Source of the DNA: Myxococcota bacterium
GTDB lineage: Bacteria; Myxococcota; UBA4151
Length of the DNA stretch: 64,000 bases
Direction: 5' to 3'
Assembly: GCA_036338695.1 (NCBI GenBank)
Contig: JAYZBQ010000060.1
Coordinates: forward strand, 1,302-65,301
Positions within the stretch are counted from its first letter, which is position 1; every line of letters starts with the position of its first letter. The position numbers were made by a program, and so were the translations under genes. Shown piece after piece: positions 9,212-19,565 of the stretch. Below the pieces are notes generated by a model. The model worked only from the letters and a program-made list of their open reading frames with translations, was not told where the DNA came from and did not search any database.

Positions 9212-10128
9212 GTCAGTTTGTATCGGGGTATTGTGCCATCGTGGGGCGGCCGAACGCCGGTAAGTCGACGCTCTTGAACCGCCTCATGGGCCTCAAGCTC
9301 GCCATCGCCACCCACAAGCCTCAGACGACTCGAGATCGGATCCTGGGCGTCTTGACGCGCGACGAGGGGCAGGTGGTCCTGGTCGATACGCCGGGGTTGC
9401 ACCGCGCTGAAGGGGGGATCAACCGCCACATGGTGCGCACCGCCGAGCGCGCCCTCGGGGATGCGGACGTGGTCCTCTGGATGGTGGAGGTCGACACCGA
9501 GGAGGTGCGCGAGCCGAGCCCGGGACAGCATAAGATCCATGAGACCATCGTGGCGTCTGGGCGCCCGTGGGTTTTGGCGCTGAACAAAGTCGACAAGCTG
9601 CCCGACCGCAGCCGCCTCCTTCCTTGGATTCAGAAGTGGCAGGAGACCTTTGATCCGCCTGCGCTCGTCCCGATGTCGGCGCAAGAAGGCGACAACGTCG
9701 AGGCGCTCTTGAGCGAGGTGATGACCCGGCTCCCGGAGGGGCCCATGCTCTTTGATCAAGACACGATCACGGACCGCTCCGAGCGCTTCCTGACCGCTGA
9801 GATTATCCGCGAAAAGGCGATCCTTGAGACCAAAGAGGAGCTGCCCTACTCGATCGCCGTCACCATCGACACCTTTGATGAGTCCCTGCGTGAAGACTCA
9901 GAGGACCCGGTGGTGTCGATCCAGGCGACGGTCCACGTCGAGCGCGACGGGCAGAAGCGGATCGTCGTGGGTACACGCGGCAAGGTGATCCGAAAGATCG
10001 GGATGCGGGCGCGCAAGGACCTGCGCCATCTGTTGGGCTGCCGGGTCTATCTTGAGCTGTTCGTTCGGGTGACCAAGAAGTGGACGCATCTGCAGCATCA
10101 GCTCCGGGAGTTCGGTTATGACCAATGA
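9208..10128 (+). CDS. era: GTPase Era
   Basis: MSQFVSGYCAIVGRPNAGKSTLLN (G1), DTPG (G3), NKVD (G4), C-terminal KH domain. The ORF-track start at 9016 adds a spurious 64-aa Arg/Gly-rich extension that overlaps rnc. The ATG at 9208 overlaps the rnc stop. Confidence 0.95.
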   Translation: MSQFVSGYCAIVGRPNAGKSTLLNRLMGLKLAIATHKPQTTRDRILGVLTRDEGQVVLVDTPGLHRAEGGINRHMVRTAERALGDADVVLWMVEVDTEEVREPSPGQHKIHETIVASGRPWVLALNKVDKLPDRSRLLPWIQKWQETFDPPALVPMSAQEGDNVEALLSEVMTRLPEGPMLFDQDTITDRSERFLTAEIIREKAILETKEELPYSIAVTIDTFDESLREDSEDPVVSIQATVHVERDGQKRIVVGTRGKVIRKIGMRARKDLRHLLGCRVYLELFVRVTKKWTHLQHQLREFGYDQ

Positions 10129-11647
10129 GTTTGTGCCCGGTCTGGTGGCCGTGGTCGGACGCCCGAACGTCGGCAAGTCCACGCTCTTTAACCGGCTCGT
10201 CAAAGAGCGGGTGAGCATCGTTCAAGACACGCCGGGCGTGACCCGTGATCGGATCTACCGCACCACCGAACACTGGGGGGTCCCCTTTGTGCTGTGTGAC
10301 ACCGGCGGTTTTGAGCCGAAAAAGGATGACCCAATCCTGGCGGGGATGCGCCGTCAGACGCAGCTCGCCATCGAGCAAGCCGACGCGGTCATTTTCCTGA
10401 CCGATGGCGTCTCGGGGCTGACGGGCGCCGACCAAGACGTGGCGGATCTGCTGCGCCGTGCTGACGTGCCCGTTTTTCTGGCGGTCAACAAATGCGAGGC
10501 GCCGTCGCGTCAGCAAGAGGCTTGGGAGTTTACGCAGCTGGGCTTGGGTGACCTGCACATCATCTCAGCGGAGCACGGGGTCGGGATCAGCGACCTGATG
10601 GATGACGTCGTGGCGGTGCTGCCCGCCCCGGAGGTGGTCGAAGAAGATCCGGACGAGCGGGAGCGGGTGGAGGCGCTGCTCGATGAGCTTGAGGAGACCA
10701 TCGCTGAGTACGCCGAAGACGCGGAAGAAGGCGACGAGGAGGCTGAGATCGTCGTCAGTGAGGCGCTCGATGAGCAGAATCGGCTTCGCTTCGACCGGCG
10801 TTATCCTAAGCCCGACACCATCCGTTTGGCGGTGATCGGTAAGCCCAACGCGGGCAAGAGCTCGCTGGTCAACACCTTCCTTGGAGAGGACCGGTTTTTG
10901 GTCTCGGACGTGGCGGGCACGACGCGGGACGCGGTCGATGCGCTGTTCGAGCGTGACGACGCACGGTTTCAGGTCGTGGACACGGCAGGCATTCGGCGCA
11001 AGCGCTCGATCTCTTCGCAGCTCGAGCGCTACTCGGTCGTCTCGGCGCTGCGCGCTTTGGACCGCTCTGACGTGGCGATCTTGCTGATCGATGCGCAGCA
11101 AGGCGTGACCGAGCAAGACGCCAAGATCGCAGCCTTTGCGCACGACAAGGGCAAGGCGCTGATCATCGGCGTCAACAAATGGGATGCGCAGCCCAAAGGG
11201 CAGCGCGACCGCAAGGAGTTTGAGCTCGCCTTGCGCGATAAGCTCAAGTTTTTGCATTACACAAAGGTCTGTTTTCTCTCGGCGAAGACCGAGCGCGGCG
11301 TGGACGGCCTGCTCGACGAGGTCGTGGCGCTGCTCGACCGGTATTATCAGCACATCAAGACTCGCTTGCTGAACACCGTGATCCAGGACGCCAACCGAAA
11401 GCACCAAGCTCCGAGCCATCGAGGGCGCCCGATCCGTCTTCTTTTTGCGACCCAGGTCCGGGTGGCGCCGCCGACGCTGGTGATTCACACCTCGCACCCG
11501 GAGGGGATCGACGTGACCTACAAGCGTTACATCCTCAACCGACTGCGCGACGCCTTCGATTTTGAGGGCATCCCGATTCAGGTCTGGTACCGCAAGCGAG
11601 ACAGCCACGGCGGTCGGAATCAGCGCCGAAAACCGAAGCGCCGATGA
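10118..11647 (+). CDS. der: Ribosome-associated GTPase EngA/Der (two tandem GTPase domains plus KH-like domain)
   Basis: Two P-loops (GRPNVGKST and GKPNAGKSS) and an acidic linker. C-terminal basic tail SHGGRNQRRKPKRR. Confidence 0.95.
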   Translation: MTNEFVPGLVAVVGRPNVGKSTLFNRLVKERVSIVQDTPGVTRDRIYRTTEHWGVPFVLCDTGGFEPKKDDPILAGMRRQTQLAIEQADAVIFLTDGVSGLTGADQDVADLLRRADVPVFLAVNKCEAPSRQQEAWEFTQLGLGDLHIISAEHGVGISDLMDDVVAVLPAPEVVEEDPDERERVEALLDELEETIAEYAEDAEEGDEEAEIVVSEALDEQNRLRFDRRYPKPDTIRLAVIGKPNAGKSSLVNTFLGEDRFLVSDVAGTTRDAVDALFERDDARFQVVDTAGIRRKRSISSQLERYSVVSALRALDRSDVAILLIDAQQGVTEQDAKIAAFAHDKGKALIIGVNKWDAQPKGQRDRKEFELALRDKLKFLHYTKVCFLSAKTERGVDGLLDEVVALLDRYYQHIKTRLLNTVIQDANRKHQAPSHRGRPIRLLFATQVRVAPPTLVIHTSHPEGIDVTYKRYILNRLRDAFDFEGIPIQVWYRKRDSHGGRNQRRKPKRR

Positions 11648-12669
11648 CGACCGTAACGCCCGGCTCCGAGGAGCGAGAGGAGCCCGATTCGGGCGCCGCG
11701 CACGAGCGCGAGGCGGTGAGTTCGCTGCCGAGCAAGGGCGGCATCGACGACCTCCTCGGCGCGCCCGGCGAGGTGCTCGAGGCGCTGCAGCGAACGGGGA
11801 GCCACGGTGTCCAGCTTGGCAAAGAGATCCGGGTGTTGGTCAGCGCGTGTCGGTGCTTCGCCGACAACGAAGATTGGATGAACGCAGCGGCGGTGAGCTT
11901 TTATGCGATCTTGTCGTTCATCCCCTTCTTGCTGCTGATGCTCTCGGTGCTTGGGTTCGTGACCCACGGTCACACGCAGGGCAGCGTCGAGCAGTTCGAT
12001 CAGCTGCTCGAGCCGATCCAAGGGTATGCCTTCGTCACGCCCGAGGTGGTCGAGAAGCTGCGCGGCTTGGTCGCGGCGCGCAGCGCCATCGGGCTTACGG
12101 GGCTTGTGATCCTTGTGATCATGGGCGGCGCTGTCTTTCGAGGGCTTGAGGTCAGCGTCTGGAGGATCTGGCGGGGTGGGGAGATCCGTAAAGGGAGCTT
12201 GCGCACGGTCGTCTTGTCGCGCCTGTTCTTCGGCGCCTTCGCCATGGGGTCGGTCCTGCTCCTGTTGGTGATCGACTGGATCTTTAACGCCGGTTTGCCT
12301 CTGCTCGAGCGGTTTGCGCCAGAGCTCTTTCTGCGCTTTTGGTCGGTGGTTGAGACCTATCTACCCATCTCGACCTTGTTGGATCGGGTGGTGATCGCAG
12401 GGTTTTTCATCCTGCTCCTCAAGTATCTCACCCGATTCCGCGTCAAGTGGGTCCCTGCCGTGCGCGGCGGGATCTTGTTCTCGCTGCTCTGGTGGATCGC
12501 TAGCGCCGGCTTCCAGGTCTATCTTGGGCAGGCGCAGCTTAACGCGGTCTATGGCGCCTTCTCGGCGTTGATCATCGTCGTGCTCTGGACCTTCTACAGC
12601 TCGCTGATCTTGCTCTTGAGCGTCGAGTACGCCTACGCCTGGCACAAGACCCTGTCCGAACCGAGCTAA
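11644..12669 (+). CDS. YihY/BrkB-family inner-membrane protein
   Basis: AAVSFYAILSFIPFLLLML signature near the N-terminus and about 6 TM segments. ATGA overlap with the der stop. Confidence 0.8.
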   Translation: MTTVTPGSEEREEPDSGAAHEREAVSSLPSKGGIDDLLGAPGEVLEALQRTGSHGVQLGKEIRVLVSACRCFADNEDWMNAAAVSFYAILSFIPFLLLMLSVLGFVTHGHTQGSVEQFDQLLEPIQGYAFVTPEVVEKLRGLVAARSAIGLTGLVILVIMGGAVFRGLEVSVWRIWRGGEIRKGSLRTVVLSRLFFGAFAMGSVLLLLVIDWIFNAGLPLLERFAPELFLRFWSVVETYLPISTLLDRVVIAGFFILLLKYLTRFRVKWVPAVRGGILFSLLWWIASAGFQVYLGQAQLNAVYGAFSALIIVVLWTFYSSLILLLSVEYAYAWHKTLSEPS

Positions 12670-15600
12670 TCGACGCCTTGCTGCCACGGACCTTCGATGG
12701 TGACCTGCGTGCCGAGCTTCAGGCTGCGCAACTCCGGGTTGTACATCGCCTCGGCTTCGACAGGCGGCTGCCTGAATTGCCCCGCGCTGACGGCGCGCAC
12801 GTTGTAGTTAAACGTCGCCTTCTGACCCCGGTTGAGTCGGCCGAAAAGTTCGATCCGATCGTCGCGGGTGTTGCGGTGCGCGATGTTCCACTGCCTCTGC
12901 CCCCGCTGCCGGAAGCCGCGGATCGAGGACGCCGCCTCGATCTCAAAGCCCGCCGGCAGCCGGTCGACCAGCGCAAGGTTCTCTTGTTCGGTCGGCGATA
13001 GGTTCTGAATCTCGAGCTCGACCCGCACCATCTCACCCAGCTCCAGCTTGGTTTTGGCTGGATCAAAGGGCTGTCCATTCTGACGAAACAGCTGACGGTT
13101 GACCCGCAGACCCTTGTTCCCCGTGTCCCACTGCGCGTCGGTTCGGATCCCGTCGCTTTGGATGATGGCGTAGCGCGCCCCTTTACCGCCGGTGAGGCGC
13201 ACCTTCAGGTCCTTGCGCTCGCTCGCTCGCCAGACGTCCCAGCTGACACCGAGTTTGTTGGTCGTCGTGGCTTTCAGCGCCTTTTTGTTCTCAAGCAGCT
13301 CAACGGTCCCGAGATCACCCGGTGAGCCAAGGCGCATACCGAGCCCGGTCAGCGCCCAGGCTAGCTCCTGCGTGTTGTACCAACGGCTCTTGCGCTTGAG
13401 CGCGCCTGCGACCAGCTCTGCCAGCGCCTCGCCGCCTGGCTCGCGCGGAAAGATCGAAGAGATCACTGCGAGGGTCATGGCGCGCCGGCGCAGGTCAGAG
13501 TAGAAGGACCAGCTGTTGCGTCGGTTGGTCGTGATCTGGCTGAGGTCTGGCTTTTTGAGCTCGGCTTCGTAGGTGCGGTCACCGCTGAGATAGAGCGCCG
13601 CCTTGAGCAGCATCCGCGCCTCAAGGTCATAGCCTCGCTTCGCCTTGGTGCGCTCGAGCAGAGCCTTCGCTTGCCCCTTACGGCCCTCGCCTGCGCGCGC
13701 CAGGACATAGTGTGCGTAGGCTTTGGCGTTGCGCTGCCAGCCGTAGCGTTCGCTGCCGTTGGTGTAGCCACCCAGCCAGGAGATCGCCTCTGAGAGCGCA
13801 AACTCGGGGACCTCGTGACCCGCCTGTTTGGCGTCCATGAGGAAGTGCACCCCATAGGCCGTCGCCCACTCTGTAGGCCGTGAGCCGCCAGGCCAGTAGG
13901 CGAAGCCTCCGCTCGGCGTTTGCATCGAGAGCACCCGCTCGATGCCTGCGCGGATCATATCGGGTACTTGCGCCGCCTTCGTCGACTCCGGGTCCACGGC
14001 GCTGAGCGCAAGCCCTGCGAACAGGAGCGGCCGCGCCGAGGAGACGGTCTGTTCCATGCAGCCATACGGGTAGCGGATCAGGTGCGACAGATGCTTGAAG
14101 GTCTCGCCATAGGGATTGGTTGTCACCCAGATGCTGCTGCGCTCGGTGGTCGGCAGCCAGCCTGTGAGGTGCTGCGCTAGATCATTCTCGCCGTCCTTGA
14201 GCTCGACCCGCCGGGTCAAGCGCGTACGCGGCGCTTGCGGGCTGAACGGGACATCGAGCGATTGCTGGGAGACCAGCGCACCGGCACGTGCGGTGACGCT
14301 TAGCTTCGCAGCGCCGAGGGCGCGCAACGCGGTGGCTTCAAAGCGCACGACACCGCCCTGACCATCTGCGAGCTGGAGGGTCTTTTGGTCGCCATCGATG
14401 AAGCGCAGCGAGGCATCGCTCGTAGGCGCATCGCCGCCCATATCGATGGCCTCGGCTGCAACCTTGACGTCGACCGCTTGCGCCCTGCCTGACAAGTTGG
14501 TGAGCGAGACGGGGATGAAGAAGCGGTCGCCTTGGCTGAGCTGCTTGGGCAGAGACGCGAGCAGCACGAGGGGGTCGCGCACCGGCACGGACTGGGCGGC
14601 GGAGCCCACACGCTGGGGTCCGGCTGAGACCACCATCACCTTGAGCGAGCCTCTGTAGGTCGGAATTTTAAAGGTGTGCTCGAGCGCGCCGCTGATCGGC
14701 ACCTCGAGGATGCCTGACCACAGGGCGACGGGCTTGGTCGGCTGGACGCGTTTGGCGCCGCCGGACATCTCATCGCCGCCGCCTTGCTGCGCCACGGCGC
14801 CTGCCGGGAGCATCAGGTTCCAACCGACGGTCTCGAAGGTCGACACCTCAAGCCGGCGCTTGGCGTAGAGGGCGCTGATCGGGTCTGGCGTCTTGTAGCC
14901 TGTGAGCGACAAGATGCCCTCGTCGATCGCAGCGATGGTGACGCGCCGGCCCGGCTCCCCTGGACCGAGGTCGAGCTTGATCAGCAGGTCGCTGTTGGGT
15001 CGGATCTCATCGGGGAGTGTGACCGCAATCTCTTGGCGTCGCTCAACCGGGTCGATCGCTACAGAGGTGAGCCCAAAGGCGCGCCCCGGGACAAAGGCTT
15101 GCTGTGACTCGAGGTGCGGATCTTTGAGGATCAGGACGCTGACGTAGACGTTGGGTTGATAGGCTGTGACGGTGAGCGGGATCGACTGGGGACCTGGGGT
15201 AACGGCGTGCCAGGACGAGCGGCGAAATACATCGGTCTCTATCGAGACCAAGGCGCGGCCTGCGTAGGGCGCCTCAAAGCGGACCGAGAAGGGTTCGCCC
15301 ACGCGCGCCTGCTTCGGCCCTTCCACGACCAGTTGAACCGGCCGGTCCGGAGCTGGGGTTCGGTCCGCAGAGCGCTGGTTGCGCCGCCACCAATAACGGC
15401 TCCCTGTGCCACGAAGTTCGTACTCCGAGCGGGTCACACCGGACTGAGCACGGATCAGGAAACGCGGCGCATTCTGCGCAATCTCAAACGTCTGCGTGTA
15501 GTCGGTTTGCCCGGCGGGTTGCTCTTGGCGACCCTCCTCGACCAGCCGAGTTCGGTGGTCGTAGGTCCAGCGCCCCTCGTCCTCATCATAGCCCCAGGCG

Positions 15601-18290
15601 TACTGCTCTTCGATCCGATACAGGGTGAACTCGATGGGATCCGTCAGCGGCGTCGGTTGACCCGCCTTGTCGAGCACCACCGCCTTGAAGCTCGCCGTTT
15701 GACCCTTGCTGAGTTTTTCTTGAGCGCTCGCAACGCCGAGCTGGATGGAGCCAGGGAGGATGAGCGCCGAACTGCGGGCACGGGTCGTGCGCCCGCTGCC
15801 CGCTTCTTGTACCGAAGCCTCGACGTTCACGCGCAACGGCCGGTCAGCCTGAGCGCCTTGCAGCTCGCAGCGGTGCGCAGTCTTACCCTCCTGGTTCAGC
15901 GGCGTTGGGCGGCCGCTGCTCGCGCCGCTCGACTTGGCATCCGCCGCCTTCCACGGAACAAACGAGTAGCCGTCATAGCCCTTGGGTTTTGGGGTGCCCG
16001 CTGAGAACTGACACTCGACGACCACCGGACTTCCCTTGGCGCTGCCGCCGAACAGATACTCCGCCGAGATGGCCGCCTCAACCGGCTCGCCGGCGCTGAA
16101 CACCGGCTGCTCGAGCGCAACGTCTGCGCGCATGCGCTCGGGCATGAACTCCTCGACGCGAAAGGTCGACCGGCCGACCTCTTTGTCGCCGATACGCACC
16201 GAGACGGTGTAGCGTCCTGTCGGCGCGATGGGCGAGAGCTTGACCGGAACGCTCGCGAGCCCCGAGTCGTCGGTCTTGATCAGCTTCTTGGCGACCTTAC
16301 GCCGTCGTGGGTCATGGATCAGAAACTCGACCGGCAGCCCCGCCTCGGGGGGCTTATCCTGGCTCGTTCGGACCATCGCGACCACATGCGCCGTCTCGTC
16401 CGGGCGGTAGAGGTCCCGGTCACCATAGACGAAGGTGCGGTAGGGCTTCGTGTCACGATAGCGCTCGCCACCGATCTGACTTTGATTAAGCGGCAGCTCG
16501 AGATCCTTAAAGCGCAGGTAGGTCAGGTCACCGCCACGCCGTGCGACCACGGCGATGCCGCGCGCTGGGTCCATGGCGTCTGCGCGCGTGTCCTCGAGCG
16601 CACACGACCCATCTGCGCCCGTGATGCAGGTGGCGATCGCACGACCGCTCGGGGCGACCAGCTCAAGCTGCGTTCCCGCCAAGGCTTGGTGCGTGTGCAT
16701 TGCGGTCGACCAGACGGTGTACTTCCACTGAGCCGGTCGTTTGTCTTGGGCTGGTGTCTGCAGGGAACGCTTGGCGAGGAGGTTGATGTCGCTGACCATC
16801 AACCGCGTGCTGCTCGAGGCGCCAGGCGCTTTGAGCTGGACCTGAAGGACGCCGCGGAAATCCGCGCCGATCAGCTCCTCGACGTTGAGCGAGCCCGTCG
16901 CCATGACGTCAGCCTCGGCGCCCACGCGTAGGCTCTTTTTGACCACGACGTCGCTGATGCGCTGATCGGCTCGCTCCGAGCCGCTCGAGAGCCAGTATCT
17001 CAGGTTCTCTGGACGGATCTGGCGCACCTCAAGCTGAACCTCGCCGACGTTCCGATGCCGGAACCTTAAGGTCTTCCAGCCAGCCTTTGGCAGGTAACGC
17101 CCCGACTCGACAAACTCGAGGTGCTGGGGCCGGGCACCGACCCGCACGATGCTGACGTGGTCGCTTTGCAAGAAGCCTTCATCGACGGTCACCAAACCCG
17201 CGTGAAGCTTGACTCGGTAGCTCCCGCGCCGGAAGTCGCCGAGCAAGCGGAAGCCACCTCGCCCGGGAACGACTCGAAAGTCGACCGGCGGTGAGACCGA
17301 GATGAGGCTGGCGCTGTCTTGACTAGGCAGGCAGCGGTGCCCGACGCGGAAACCTCGCCGCATGTCTCGGTGATAAAACCAGCGCGCTCGGCCGATGTCG
17401 TGGCAGATGATATCGACGCCGAAGCCGTCGGCGCTGGCGGTGGCGTGGACCCCTTTGATGGTGATGGTTCGCTTGCCGTTGTGCCGGTTGTGCACCTGCG
17501 CAAAGCCTGGGGCGACTGCGTCGCTGTCGCGTGCGGAGACGCCTGGTTTCACGTCGACAGCGATGACGTTAGCGAGCTTGTAGACGGGCGACAGTTGGAT
17601 GACCGCTTGCTCTTCGTCGTTCATAAACGCCACCACACGGGGACGGCTTGCGTCGATCGAGATCGGGACCCCGTCGGCAGTGATCTCGAGCCGGTCGAGC
17701 AGGGTTTGGCGCATGATCGGGGCGCTGGCGCTCAGGATCAGCTGGAAGCGAGGGGACCGCATCACCGTGGAGTCATAAAACAGGAATTGGGGACTCTTGA
17801 GCGAGGCGGTGATCGGGGCGCCGGCTGCCTTGATCGTCTTCCAGCGGGTCTTTTGAAGCGCTTTCACGCGGACGGTGTAGACAGCGTCCACGCTGACGGG
17901 CTCGCTGAATAGGTACTCGAGGGTCAGCGCGTCGCGGCGGCTAAACCGCCCTTTGAGCGCTGGCTCGATCGTGATCTGGTCTTGGTCGATCTGCCCCCTC
18001 CCGTTGAAGACAGGCTCTGCAAAGTGGACCTCGAAGCCCTTCGGTCGTGCGAGCGGGTGCTTTTGGGTCCAGCGTATCTGTGGGCGGAGCTGCTCGAGGG
18101 TGGGGGGCTTCGTCTCTCCAAGTGCGGGCGCATCGACCACCTGGGCGTGCTCGACCACCCCAGCATCCGGCGCGAGCAACGGCTCGCCGGCTGGATCGAG
18201 CGCAGGCGCCTTCGCCGGCGGCGGCGCCGGCTCGTCTTGAGAGCAGCCGTTCGCCGCCAAAATAAGCCCGAGCACCCAGAATCTCTTCAT
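12666..18290 (-). CDS. Bacterial alpha-2-macroglobulin family protein (YfhM/ECAM-like), probable lipoprotein, with a CMEQ thioester-type motif
   Basis: Very long ORF. The thioester-region motif YPYGCMEQT falls at nt 14049-14060. Likely start MKRFWVLGLILAANGCSQ at 18290 (alternative 18305). The ORF-track start at 18872 adds an improbable 194-aa leader with no signal peptide. Confidence 0.85.
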   Translation of the reverse strand: MKRFWVLGLILAANGCSQDEPAPPPAKAPALDPAGEPLLAPDAGVVEHAQVVDAPALGETKPPTLEQLRPQIRWTQKHPLARPKGFEVHFAEPVFNGRGQIDQDQITIEPALKGRFSRRDALTLEYLFSEPVSVDAVYTVRVKALQKTRWKTIKAAGAPITASLKSPQFLFYDSTVMRSPRFQLILSASAPIMRQTLLDRLEITADGVPISIDASRPRVVAFMNDEEQAVIQLSPVYKLANVIAVDVKPGVSARDSDAVAPGFAQVHNRHNGKRTITIKGVHATASADGFGVDIICHDIGRARWFYHRDMRRGFRVGHRCLPSQDSASLISVSPPVDFRVVPGRGGFRLLGDFRRGSYRVKLHAGLVTVDEGFLQSDHVSIVRVGARPQHLEFVESGRYLPKAGWKTLRFRHRNVGEVQLEVRQIRPENLRYWLSSGSERADQRISDVVVKKSLRVGAEADVMATGSLNVEELIGADFRGVLQVQLKAPGASSSTRLMVSDINLLAKRSLQTPAQDKRPAQWKYTVWSTAMHTHQALAGTQLELVAPSGRAIATCITGADGSCALEDTRADAMDPARGIAVVARRGGDLTYLRFKDLELPLNQSQIGGERYRDTKPYRTFVYGDRDLYRPDETAHVVAMVRTSQDKPPEAGLPVEFLIHDPRRRKVAKKLIKTDDSGLASVPVKLSPIAPTGRYTVSVRIGDKEVGRSTFRVEEFMPERMRADVALEQPVFSAGEPVEAAISAEYLFGGSAKGSPVVVECQFSAGTPKPKGYDGYSFVPWKAADAKSSGASSGRPTPLNQEGKTAHRCELQGAQADRPLRVNVEASVQEAGSGRTTRARSSALILPGSIQLGVASAQEKLSKGQTASFKAVVLDKAGQPTPLTDPIEFTLYRIEEQYAWGYDEDEGRWTYDHRTRLVEEGRQEQPAGQTDYTQTFEIAQNAPRFLIRAQSGVTRSEYELRGTGSRYWWRRNQRSADRTPAPDRPVQLVVEGPKQARVGEPFSVRFEAPYAGRALVSIETDVFRRSSWHAVTPGPQSIPLTVTAYQPNVYVSVLILKDPHLESQQAFVPGRAFGLTSVAIDPVERRQEIAVTLPDEIRPNSDLLIKLDLGPGEPGRRVTIAAIDEGILSLTGYKTPDPISALYAKRRLEVSTFETVGWNLMLPAGAVAQQGGGDEMSGGAKRVQPTKPVALWSGILEVPISGALEHTFKIPTYRGSLKVMVVSAGPQRVGSAAQSVPVRDPLVLLASLPKQLSQGDRFFIPVSLTNLSGRAQAVDVKVAAEAIDMGGDAPTSDASLRFIDGDQKTLQLADGQGGVVRFEATALRALGAAKLSVTARAGALVSQQSLDVPFSPQAPRTRLTRRVELKDGENDLAQHLTGWLPTTERSSIWVTTNPYGETFKHLSHLIRYPYGCMEQTVSSARPLLFAGLALSAVDPESTKAAQVPDMIRAGIERVLSMQTPSGGFAYWPGGSRPTEWATAYGVHFLMDAKQAGHEVPEFALSEAISWLGGYTNGSERYGWQRNAKAYAHYVLARAGEGRKGQAKALLERTKAKRGYDLEARMLLKAALYLSGDRTYEAELKKPDLSQITTNRRNSWSFYSDLRRRAMTLAVISSIFPREPGGEALAELVAGALKRKSRWYNTQELAWALTGLGMRLGSPGDLGTVELLENKKALKATTTNKLGVSWDVWRASERKDLKVRLTGGKGARYAIIQSDGIRTDAQWDTGNKGLRVNRQLFRQNGQPFDPAKTKLELGEMVRVELEIQNLSPTEQENLALVDRLPAGFEIEAASSIRGFRQRGQRQWNIAHRNTRDDRIELFGRLNRGQKATFNYNVRAVSAGQFRQPPVEAEAMYNPELRSLKLGTQVTIEGPWQQGVD

Positions 18291-18458
18291 GCAGAAAGCC
18301 TCCATCGCACGCCACCTTATCGAGACGGCGTCAGGCCGGCTAGGGCTCCGTTCTGACTTTGAAAATCGTCGTCTCGGTTCGCTTCGGCTCGGTGTGAAAT
18401 CACCGCTAGCCAGAGCGCCCTCAAGAGGCCAATAGAGCGACAGAAAATGGGGGGATCC

Positions 18459-19565
18459 ATGGCGCGTATACTCAACTTTTCGGCGGGACCTGCGGCGCTG
18501 CCGCTGGAGGTCTTGGAGCGAACACAGGCTGAATTCACCGATTATCGAGGCTGCGGCACCTCGATCATTGAGCAGAGCCATCGCGGACCGACCTACAGCC
18601 GAGTCCATCAGGAGGCGACTGAGCTCATCACCGAGCTCGCCGGCGTGCCTGATACGCACCAGGTGCTCTTTCTTCAGGGGGGCGCATCGCAGCAGTTCGC
18701 TATGATCCCCATGAACTTTTTGCCCGAGGACGGGGTCGCAGCCCAGCTGGTGACGGGGACATGGAGTAAGAAGGCGCTCGCAGAGGGACGAAACGTGACC
18801 GCCTATCGCGGCGGCAGCGTGCAGGTCGCGAACCCAGGCGAGCAGGTCCCCGACACCTTTGTGAACACCCAACTCGGAGGCGAAATCGCCTCAGGCGCCG
18901 CCTATTATCACTTTGCGAGCAACGAGACCATTCACGGGGTTCAGTTCGGCCATGAGGGGGCGCCTTGGCCGGAGGTGGACGCGCCGCTGATCTGCGACAT
19001 GAGCTCGGACTTTTTGTGGCAGCCCTTGGACGTGAGCCGATTTGATATGATCTACGCAGGCGCTCAAAAGAACATCGGCCCGAGCGGCGTGGTTGTCTGT
19101 ATCGTCCGCAAGAGCTTGATCGAGCAGGGGCGGCGCGACCTGCCGACGATCTTCCAATATCGGACGCACGCGGACAAAGACTCCATGTTCAACACCCCGC
19201 CGACCTTTGCGATCTACATGATCCGCAATGTGCTCGAGTGGGTACGGGACCAGGGCGGGCTGGTGGCGATGCGTGCGCGCAACCTCCGGAAAGCCCAGCG
19301 CGTCTACGAGGTCATCGACAGCAGCGAGTTTTTCCGTTGCCCGGTTGAGACGGCTTGCCGCAGCACCATGAACGTCGTGTTTCGACTGCCCACCGAGGCG
19401 CTCGAGGCAGCCTTTTTAGAGCAGGCGACCGAGCAGGGGATGAGCGGCTTGAAGGGCCACCGCAGCGTCGGGGGCTTACGCGCCTCGATCTACAACGCCG
19501 CTCCGTACGAGTGGGCCGACCGATTGGCGCAGTTTATGACCGATTTCGAGGCAAAGAACGGCTAA
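18459..19565 (+). CDS. serC: Phosphoserine aminotransferase
   Basis: MARILNFSAGPAALP...SHRGP. A GGGGGG RBS sits 4 nt before ATG 18459. The track start at 18447 lies inside that RBS. Confidence 0.9.
   Translation: MARILNFSAGPAALPLEVLERTQAEFTDYRGCGTSIIEQSHRGPTYSRVHQEATELITELAGVPDTHQVLFLQGGASQQFAMIPMNFLPEDGVAAQLVTGTWSKKALAEGRNVTAYRGGSVQVANPGEQVPDTFVNTQLGGEIASGAAYYHFASNETIHGVQFGHEGAPWPEVDAPLICDMSSDFLWQPLDVSRFDMIYAGAQKNIGPSGVVVCIVRKSLIEQGRRDLPTIFQYRTHADKDSMFNTPPTFAIYMIRNVLEWVRDQGGLVAMRARNLRKAQRVYEVIDSSEFFRCPVETACRSTMNVVFRLPTEALEAAFLEQATEQGMSGLKGHRSVGGLRASIYNAAPYEWADRLAQFMTDFEAKNG

Noticed and set aside
9860-11608. Minus-strand ORFs 9860..10558 and 10565..11608 (347 aa)
   Set aside because: Antisense to era/der, whose P-loop motifs are unambiguous.
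15114-16004. 296-aa plus-strand ORF inside the A2M gene
   Set aside because: Antisense shadow ORF with no motifs.
18291-18872. 194-codon extension of the A2M ORF to 18872
   Set aside because: It has no signal peptide or motif, and a lipoprotein signal MKRFWVLGLILAANGC begins at 18290. It would also leave only a short serC promoter space.
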